Shown here: piece after piece, positions 55,482-64,000 of the stretch
Layout of the letters: every line of letters starts with the position of its first letter
How positions within the stretch are numbered: the stretch's first letter is position 1
Source of the DNA: the human T2T-CHM13v2.0 reference genome, Homo sapiens
Assembly: GCF_009914755.1 (NCBI RefSeq)
Contig: NC_060927.1
Strand: one strand, 5' to 3'
Length of the DNA stretch: 64,000 nucleotides
Made by a program: the position numbers and the translations under genes
The notes under the pieces: model-generated
Database searches by the model: none
What the model saw: the letters and a program-made list of their open reading frames with translations, nothing else
What the model was told of the DNA's origin: nothing

Positions 55482-56910
55482 TACTTACTCATTAGAGAAA
55501 TGCAAATTAAAACTACAATGAAATACCATATATGGAAATGGCTAAATCTTAAATACTTGATAAAATCAGGTATTGAAAGGATGCGGAACATTTTTACATT
55601 TTTACATTAATGATGGGAATGTAAAATATACATCCACAATGGAAAACAGGCTGGCAGTTTCTTATGAAGTAAGAACCATAAAACCCAGCAATCTTATATT
55701 TACATATTTACCCAAGAGAAATCAAAATATATGTTCACACAGAGAATTGTTCTTAAAAGTTTACAGCAACCTTATACATAATAGTCAAGCAACCCAAATG
55801 TTCATTCTCTGCTGAATGGATAAACAAATTTTGGTGTGTCCATATAAAAAAATACTACTGAGCAGTAAAAGTAGTACCACATTTTCTTTATCCTGTCCAC
55901 CACTGAAGGACATCTACATTGATTCCATGTCTTGGCTACTGTGAATAGTGCTGCAATTAACATAAGCGTGCATGTATCTTTGTATTAGAATGGTTTATAT
56001 TCATTTGTGTATATACCCAGTAATGGGATTGCTGGGTCAAATGGTATTTCTTCAACGGCTAGTTTTTCGATCCTCACCCTCCTCCCACCCTACACCCTCA
56101 AGTAGGTCCTGATTACTATTATTCCCTTCCTTGTATCCACATATACTCAATGTTCAGCTCCCACTTATAAGTGCTGTCATGGACATAGATGTGCATGTGT
56201 CTTTAAGGTAGAATGATTTATACTCCTTTGGGTATATACCCAGTAATGGATTGCTGGCTTGAATGGTAGTTCTGTTTTAAGCTCTTTGAGAAGTCTCCAG
56301 ATACCTTACACAGTGGCTGAACATTCCTGCCAGTAGTGTATAAGTATTCTTCTTATTCCACAACCTCACTGGTGTCTGTTAATTTTTGACTTTTTCATAA
56401 TAACCATTCTGATCCTTGTGAGATGGTATTTCATATGTATTTCTCTAAAGATTAGTGATGCTGAGCATTTTTTCATATGTTTGTTGGCCACATGTATGTC
56501 TTCTTTGGAAAAGTGCCTGTTCACATCCTTTGCCTCCTTTTTTTTTAATGTAGTTATTTGCTTTTGCCTGGTAGTTTGTTTAAGTTCCTTATGGATTCTG
56601 GATATTAGACCTTTGTGAGATGCATACTTTGACAATATTTTCTCCAATTCTGTAGGTTGTCTGTTTACTCTGTATATGAAATTTTATAAAAGGCAAAAAT
56701 ATAGTGATGAAGCAGATCCGTGGTGGTCAGGGGCTAGGAGTGGGAGTAGTGTGATAGTGAAGAACCACAGGGGAACTTTTAGAAATGACAGAAATGTTCT
56801 ATACCAGGATTGAGGTGAGAGTTACACAACTCTATACATTTGGCAAAATCATTAAATTGTACACTCAAATTTGGTGAATTTAGTGGTATATAAATTATAT
56901 TTCAACAAAC
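55482..56910 (+). mobile_element. Old L1MC/MD 3' end, interrupted at 55873-56672
   Basis: gaaatgcaaattaaaactacaatg...; resumes at atatgaaattttataaaaggcaaa and ends taaattatatttcaacaaa. Confidence 0.75.
55873..56672 (-). mobile_element. Rearranged L1PA15/16-like fragment without tail or TSD
   Basis: Three antisense L1 blocks out of order. ORF 56366-56647 translates to L1 ORF2-like sequence. Confidence 0.85.
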
Positions 56911-57199
56911 TAATTGAGAAAATATATATTTAGTCACTCTTACATATAACACATATACTAAGATTTGGAGAGGGAAGACTATTTTTTAATATAAGACCTA
57001 TAATTTTCTGGCTTCCTACTGCACTTAGTTTTTCATTCTCTTTTGTAATGTTTCTTTTTCCATCTATATATATAATTGCCCTCTGCACATTCTGTATAAT
57101 GCCTCAGAAATTGTTTCAAATCAACTTAGCCAGTGCCAAATCATCATACTTTCTCAACATATTGTGCTTGCTTTTTTTTTTTTTTTTTTTTTTTCATCT

Positions 57200-57950
57200 C
57201 ACCACCATGCACCAAAGCCAGAACTTTCGGCTTCCCCCTGGAGTCCAGTATTTCCTAAGCAATCCTCAGCCAACTCAGACTTGTCTTCTTTTACCTTTGA
57301 AATCTCCCTGCTTCTCTCTATCTGCACTGCCTCCACTCATTGCACACCACATGATTTCCCACTTGGAGAATTGCAGCAACCTCCTCAGTGGTCTCTCTAC
57401 CCCAATCTCTGTGATCTCTAATTCAAAATCTGATCTGTCACTTGCCTTGCCAGCACTGCCTGTAGGATTAGGTTCTAATTGCTCTTCATGGCTGATAGGG
57501 CCACTCACCATCTGCCCTACTTACCTGTGCAATCATATCTCTGCACTCTTCTGCCATGGAAAACTGCCTTCAGTTCTCTGAATGTGGCATATGTCCTTCT
57601 ACTTCCAGGACTGATGGAAATTTTATTTTGCTGGAACATTCTCTTTTTATTTGAGATACCTCCCCTTTCCCAATCTCACAAATTTATCTTATTCATCCTG
57701 CAATTCTTAACCTAGACATCACTTCTTTTGGGCACCATTTGAATTTTCTTTTGCTTCCATGGCTCCTAGAACCTGTGTGATAGCATTTACCACAGTAAGA
57801 TACTTTGGAAATATTTAAACCTATACCTCCTTCTAGGCAGACCATGAGCTCCACAAGGGCAAATAAACTTCCACACCCTTACTAGACCCCTAGAGCCCAG
57901 CATGGCACATTTTACGTACGAGACATACAACTAATAGGGGTTAAACAATT
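57200..57950 (+). mobile_element. L2 LINE remnant
   Basis: cttctctctatctgcactgcc, gcagcaacctcctcagtggtctc, ccatgagctccacaagggca motifs. Confidence 0.55.
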
Positions 57951-59121
57951 AAGTGACTCTACCTCCTCCTATCACTGTCAAAAACATGTAGGCTAATCAT
58001 CTTAAAAATTAAATGTTGAACCATTTGCTTAGCTTTTGAGCATAAAGTCCAACTACTCTTTGTGGCAAGTCAGCCATTTGTAAAGGTCAATTTAAAAGTA
58101 ACATTGGTTGCTCTTCCATTATAGTAAACTCTCTATTTCTTACATATTCCTCAATTTACAAAAACTTGTGGACATATGGTATTCATAAATCCTGTAATAT
58201 GCAGCTGTGTCATACAAAGCTCAGAATAATCCATCATTGATTCATACCTCTGTCCATTGTTTTTTCCTCCTCATAAAGTGAGAGCAGAGTCTCAGTTTGC
58301 ATTCAATATGTTTCTTCTGTTTAAAAATGAGTAGCAATTTATGTAAAAATTTTGTGCATTCAAAGCAAAATCACAAAGACTGGGAATACATCTTCTCCCT
58401 AATAAAGTTCATAGGCATTGTTGGAAACATACACTCTGTACCTCCACTAAAGCATTTTATTAAGTTCTGAAGGTGCTCAGTGAGAACCAATATTATCTAT
58501 TTTGAGGAGTGGTGAGATGGGGATAGTCAAGATTAGTGATTTACCTGAGTACAAAGCAACATAACTTTCTTTGCTATATCATTATATGGTTTCAGTCCTG
58601 AAGATGGGCTTGTCACAGATACTGCCCTTAATATTTTGACCTATGATTGTTAAAGAAAGATTACTCTCTTTTCTTTCGATCAGCACTCATTAAAATAGCC
58701 TTTATGTCTGGTTGCAATAGAATATATATTTAATATTTAAAAGTTTATAGAGATACACACAGAAGTTAATATACTTCTGGAAAAATAAATGGAATTACTT
58801 GAGGCTGTAGGTTAATCAGCGTTTTCTGTGTGTGTGTTGTAAGAATGCATATATGTATCATTTATTCTAATTAGAAAATACATAAATAAAAAGAAAATTT
58901 TCAAATTAAAAATATGTTAAAGTAGAAAAAATGCTACAGATTACTGCTAATATTTTGTGTGCTTTCTTCTAGTAGATTTTCTATTTATATAATTGTAAAA
59001 TTTTATATGTATGTATTTTACAACACTTTTACAATACTTGTTTAATACACTTTCTCATGGTTATGTTTAATTCATTCATTAACCATAACTTATTGATTTT
59101 ACCATACTTCCACTGCTGAAT

Positions 59122-59312
59122 GCATGAAACTCATATATTCATATATATATATTTAATTTCTTAATTTAATATATATGTACTTATTTAATTTCTTAGAGAC
59201 AGGATCTCACTATGTTCTGCAGGCTGATTTCAAACTCCTGACCTCAAGCAACACTCTCATTCTGGCCTTCCAAAACGTTGGGATTACAGGCATGAGCCAC
59301 CATGCTCAGCCT
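59122..59312 (-). mobile_element. FLAM_C-like Alu monomer with AT-rich decayed tail
   Basis: gagacaggatctcactatgtt...gagccaccatgctcagcc; approximate TSD actgctgaat/attgctgaat. Confidence 0.85.
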
Positions 59313-60550
59313 ATTGCTGAATATTTTTATGTTACAAAGAAGAAAAAATGAGCATAAATCTTTTTTAATAGCTTAAAATGTTTTCTTAGAATATATTCCT
59401 TTAAGTGAGGGTGCTGACTCACATGTGTGAATATTCTTAAGGCTTTTGCTAAATATTATCCATATTGACCTTTAGAAAAGCTGCATTATTTTACATCTCT
59501 GAAAATAGTACATGACTGTCCTTATTTCCTACCACCCTTACCAATACTGAATATTACCTTTTTGTTTACTTGTGCGAATGTTATGCATGAAAAATCATTT
59601 ATTATTGACATTTTAATATACTTCTTTGATAATTGTGATGCAAATGTTTTCTTATATTGTTCATAATTTGTATAAGTTGCCTATTTTCTTGTATCAATAT
59701 TCCTTATTAATGTATCTTATTAATTTATAATAATTTTCATAAATAACAGTTGTTCTTTATTTTTACTTTATTTTAAAATTATTTTCACTAGTTTACCATA
59801 ATTTATTTTTGATAATTTATGAGAATCATTTTTGTTTTTATGTACTTGAATTTATTAACAATTCTGTTTTTAATTGTTTGCTTTTCTACCAAGAAATGAT
59901 GTATTTTCATCTGTACTTGTTTTATGACTTTAAAACTGTGTTCTTTATAACACTTTAATCCATCTGCAATTTTTAAATAAATATTATGAGGTAGGAAGAA
60001 AGCTTTATCTTTTCCAAATAATCAACAAATTATGCCATTCCCCTTCCCAATGATTAAACCATTCTTTCCTACTAATTAAGATGGATCCTTTATATCATAT
60101 TAGTAAGCACATGTAGTTTCTGATTATCTAAGTCTGTTTATTCATCTGTCTTGCTTGACTTCTGTATGCAAAACAATACATTTGTGTTCATTCAAATATG
60201 GTATGAATTTCAGATTTGCTTCATGTGATATTCTCTGGCTATAAACAATTGGACTGAGGAAAATAATGAATGTGTTGCGAGTCTTTTTCTCAGTTTTCCA
60301 TTTCCTTTCATTTATTTGTCTGTTTATATGGTGGTAGCACACCAGAGTCATTATGATAGCTTTAGTAACATATCTAGTTTTGAAAGCACCCCTCATTATT
60401 TTTTCTTTTATGACTTTTTTTCTTATTTTCACTTATTTATTCTTCTATAGGAGCTTTAGCATCTATTTTACTGGAATGGCTTTAAATCCATACATTTACC
60501 TGAAGAGACTGATACAGCATTGAGTTTATTTTTAGGTATAATTTTGTATC

Positions 60551-60653
60551 TTTTTTTTTTTTTTTTTTGAGACGGAGTCTCGCTCTGTCGCCCAGGCTGG
60601 AGTGCAGTGGCGCGATCTCGGCTCACTGCAAGCTCCACCTCCTGGGTTCACGC
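60551..60653 (-). mobile_element. 5'-truncated AluY (~85 bp plus polyA)
   Basis: Y-diagnostic gcaagctcc and ttcacgc; CpGs largely intact. TSD taattttgtatctttt at 60539 and 60654. Confidence 0.92.
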
Positions 60654-60859
60654 TAATTTTGTATCTTTTAAAAATGCATTTTATGTTTACTTTTTATTAT
60701 TCTAAATTAATTATTATCAGTTATTACCTCAGCGAGGTTCTCTTTGAAACCTCCGAATAGGTCAGGACCCTTGTTGCATGAAAACGTCACTTGACTATTC
60801 CCATTAGGAAGAGAGGACCACCAAAGAAAAAATAAATAACAGAAAATACAGTGTGTGGA

Positions 60860-61060
60860 GCAGACTGGGTGTCAACTGTGATGAACTTGGGGAGGTGTCC
60901 TGTAGGATGCGGACAGTTGCTCTTCAGCTCCCCAAATTGTTGTCATTCAGGACTCTGTCATAGCTTCTGATTTCATAAAAGAAAAAACAGAAATCTGAAT
61001 TTTTATATAAAATGAGCCTAGCGTTTCTAAAGACATATAACAAATTATAAGGGCAGGTAA
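60860..61060. mobile_element. MER102-like hAT-Charlie remnant
   Basis: cttctgatttcataaaagaaaaaacagaaatctgaatttttatataaaat motif. Confidence 0.45.
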
Positions 61061-61191
61061 GCAAAGTTGAGTGTAAGAAAGTAGTGAAATCCTAGTAAAA
61101 ACAGGAAGTTTTGTGCTTACATTAATTTGTTTACTCCAAAATATTTATAGAGCATCTTCCTATGTCATATTCTGTGGAGAACAGTGATATA

Positions 61192-61545
61192 TGTCTTAGT
61201 CAGTTCAGACTATAATGGAATACCATATACTATGTGACTTTAACAACAAACATTAATTTCTCATAGTTCTAGAGACTGGGAATTCCAAAATCAATACACC
61301 TGCAGATTCAGTCTGGTGAGGCCATTCTTCCTGGTTTGCAGACAGCCGTCTACTTGTTGTAACCTCATATGGTCAACAGTAAAATCTCTTTCCTGTCTCT
61401 TCATATAAGGGCACTAATTTCATTTATGAGGATTCAGATCTATGACTTAATTACCTCCCAAAGGCCCCACCTACCAATATCAACATATTGGGATTAGGAT
61501 TTTAAAATATGAATTTGGGGGCAGGGAGAACACAAACATTCGATG
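61192..61545 (-). mobile_element. MLT1A0-like MaLR LTR
   Basis: tgtcttagtcagttcag...taattacctcccaaaggccccacct...aacacaaacattc. Confidence 0.85.
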
Positions 61546-61594
61546 AGATGTCTTTCTTTAAAAAGTTTAAAATAAAATAGATGAGTTTACTGTC

Positions 61595-62155
61595 TAGTTA
61601 CAGAGTAGAGAATTAACTTTATTCAGAGAAAATTCTGACCTTTCCTCCCAATATTGGGAAGTGATCTCTAGGTCCTTGGAATATCATACCTGATATGAGT
61701 GTCTTTGCCTGTGGGTTTTAGCCAACAGACAGTCTAATAAGGCAATTTATGATAGATGCTTTGGGTCATGCAGCATCAGTTTTGCTTCCAGAAGAGACTG
61801 GAGACTACAGGTGTCAGTTCAACTTCTAGAAGGGGTTGAAAATGAAAAGCTCAACCACATGGCAGTATGTGATTAAACAGCAGTGAAAACTCTAGACACA
61901 AAAGGGTAGGGTGAGTTTTCCTGGTTGTGTATTGTCAAGATACTCCATGTGTATTGTCAAGAATCAATGCCAAGAAAGTAACAATGGAAGCTCCATGTTA
62001 GATACTTTTCCTGGAATCTGCCCTATGTGCTTCTTCTCTTAGTTGATTTTAATCTGTACCCTTTCTCTCTAACAAACTTTACCTATGAATATAAGAGTGT
62101 TCAGTGAGTCATGTGACATTTCTAGCAAATTATCAAACTTGAGAATGTTCTCTTA
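61595..62155 (+). mobile_element. MER77/MER21-group ERVL LTR
   Basis: gtgatctctaggtccttggaatatcatacctgata, aacaatggaagctcc, tctagcaaattatcaaac motifs. Confidence 0.7.
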
Positions 62156-62496
62156 TGAGGACTGTTCCTGCCAAAGTTTTGCAGTTGGCTTTAACTCTTA
62201 CACTGGCCATTTGTGTTGAAGTCCTAAATTACATGACCCTTAACATAAACACCCACCCCCACCCCACACACACACACACTGAAAACTTATCAAATAGAGC
62301 TTTTCAGTTCTCAGTGACATTCAAAGAAAAGCAATTAAAAAATTGGAGCACCACTTAGAGCAGTGTTTGTAAATGGCAATAGAGAAAGTGAGTCTCTGAA
62401 AGCAAAATTTTTTCCAGGCTGAAAAAATATAGAACAATAATTGAATTGATTAGAGTTAAATCAAAATTACAATTATGATTCTAAAAGAACACCTAG

Positions 62497-62886
62497 TGCT
62501 ATGGTTTGAATGTCCCCTTTGAATCTTATGTGGAAATTTAATTGCCAAAGAAGTGGTATTGGGAGGTGGGGCATTTAAAAGGTAAACAAGCCATGAAGGC
62601 TCCACTGTCATGAATGGACTAATGTTGTTATTGTATAAGTGGGATAGTTATCTTGAGAGTGGGCTCCTGATAAAAAGAATGAGTTTGGCCTGATTTTCCT
62701 CTCTGTCTAGCACTCTCCCTTGCCCTTCTGCCACGTTATGATGCAGCAAGAAGGCCCTTGCCAGGTGCCAGCAACATACTCTTGGACTTCCCAGCCTTCA
62801 GGACAACTAACCAAATAAACGTCTATTCTTTATAAATTATCCAGTCTGTGGTATTCTGTTATAGCAACAGAAAATAGACTAAGATA
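62497..62886 (+). mobile_element. MSTD-like MaLR solo LTR
   Basis: tgctatggtttgaatgtcccc...tattctgttatagcaacagaaaatagactaagata; TSD cctag/cctat. Confidence 0.88.
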
Positions 62887-63014
62887 CCTATTCTAAATAT
62901 CTTAAAAGTTCAGCTCAATGTACTAAAGGTGTTTATGATTGAAATGACAGAACCACATAAAAAATGCAAACATCTAGTTTCAAAAAATGGTAAGACAAAG
63001 GATTTTGTAATTGG

Positions 63015-63015
<1 letters not shown>

Positions 63016-63042
<27 letters not shown>
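63016..63042. repeat. (TA)n microsatellite
   Basis: Read directly. Confidence 0.95.
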
Positions 63043-63046
<4 letters not shown>

Positions 63047-63319
63047 GTGTGTGTTTATAAAACTAGATTGAGCTTTGATTTATAGTGAGCAAAGTTTTCT
63101 ACTGATTCATGAGAAGGGCACTAGGCTATAGCTTGGGTTCACTGATAATCTAATTCCGAATATAAACATTCCTCTGTTTGACAGCTATCTTCTGTAGTTA
63201 TCAAAAAATAAAATCTTGGGCTGGTGTGAGAAAAATTGGATTCTACTCCAAGTGACTCAGATAATATCTGATGTACATTAGTTCAAAAAAGATGAAATGG
63301 ATGATATTGAAAAGATGAT

Positions 63320-63730
63320 TAAGAAAGATGAAGTAAAATGAGTAGACATTTTTAACCTAGATAAAAGAAGATTTGGAGAACAAGACAGTATCCTTCAAAT
63401 ATTTGAATAGTCATTATATAGAAACACACATACTACCACCTGTTTGGCAATGATAGGTAGAAACAGTTCCAGTGTGCAATGATCTCAATGTAAGCAGAAC
63501 CTTCTAATAATCATAGCTGCCCAAGAGTGGAATGAGCAAATGAACATTCTCTATGGTAGGATGGGAAAGTGTTTGTCTAAACATATTATGAGACCTTTGT
63601 AGAGAGCACTCAAATATGGATAAGCGGTTTTAAATTAAACAATACTTAAATAAGTAATCTTTAAAGTGATTTTTTTTAAAAAGTCAAATTATCTTTAACT
63701 TACTATCAAGCCTTCAAATCCCATGTCTTC
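63320..63730 (+). mobile_element. CR1/L3 LINE 3' remnant
   Basis: tttaacctagataaaagaagatt...ccttcaaatatttgaa...ctcaatgtaagcagaaccttctaataatcatagctgcccaagagtggaatg. Confidence 0.65.
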
Positions 63731-64000
63731 AGATATGCTTTCCTAGCCAAGAACAATTTAGGAGTGATAAATTAGAAGTAAGGGGAAGTACTTGCTGGAA
63801 ATGATCTAGGATTTATAGAACTCCTAATATGTATTTTCCATACATTTTTAAATTTGTTCTTTAGAAAATCTACTTTGGAAGTTTACTGTTATGCCAGTTT
63901 TGGAAGAGGGAGGATAAGCTCAAATATTAAAATAACCTACCAAAGTTCAACTACTCACATTATGGCCAACCCACATCTCCTATCTCTATTGCCCATATTG

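Larger units (their letters stand above)
58850..60720 (-). mobile_element. Ancient L1ME fragment
   Basis: Degenerate antisense ORF2/3' motifs (ccacccttaccaatactg, ttaatccatctgcaatt). Confidence 0.55.

Noticed and set aside
57048-57581. 177-aa ORF
   Set aside because: Runs through a polyT tract and a decayed L2 element; the composition reflects the repeat.
61926-61962. 15-bp direct repeat tgtgtattgtcaaga inside the MER77-like LTR (also aatattcctt x2 at ~37623 and gactaagg x2 at ~1524)
   Set aside because: Ordinary micro-duplications from slippage.

Overview
AT-rich, CpG-poor, repeat-dense primate (human/ape-like) genomic DNA, either intergenic or deep intronic. Primate origin is shown by AluJ/S/Y and L1PA elements. 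I find no credible host protein-coding exon, RNA gene or CpG island. The supplied ORFs are Alu/L1/LTR read-throughs, low-complexity or chance ORFs; the only real protein homology is L1 ORF2 (clearest at 49588-50238). Much of the window is nested transposons (L1M/L1PA, Alu, MaLR/ERVL/ERV1 LTRs, Tigger/Charlie, MIR, L2, CR1). Subfamily names come from my recall of consensus sequences and need RepeatMasker/Dfam confirmation. I see no new coding system. The most unusual signal is a set of fossil template-switch/DNA-repair scars. These are a three-junction microhomology-linked duplication (19975-21681), a ~315 bp templated copy of one L1 into another (3451-3767), a scrambled tail-less L1 insertion with a host deletion (55873-56672), an inverted ORF1-only L1 pair (54933-55481), and back-to-back perfect hairpins with 4-nt loops (26055-26122, 53829-53868). 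There are also three twin-primed L1s, a young truncated AluY and several candidate enhancer motif clusters.
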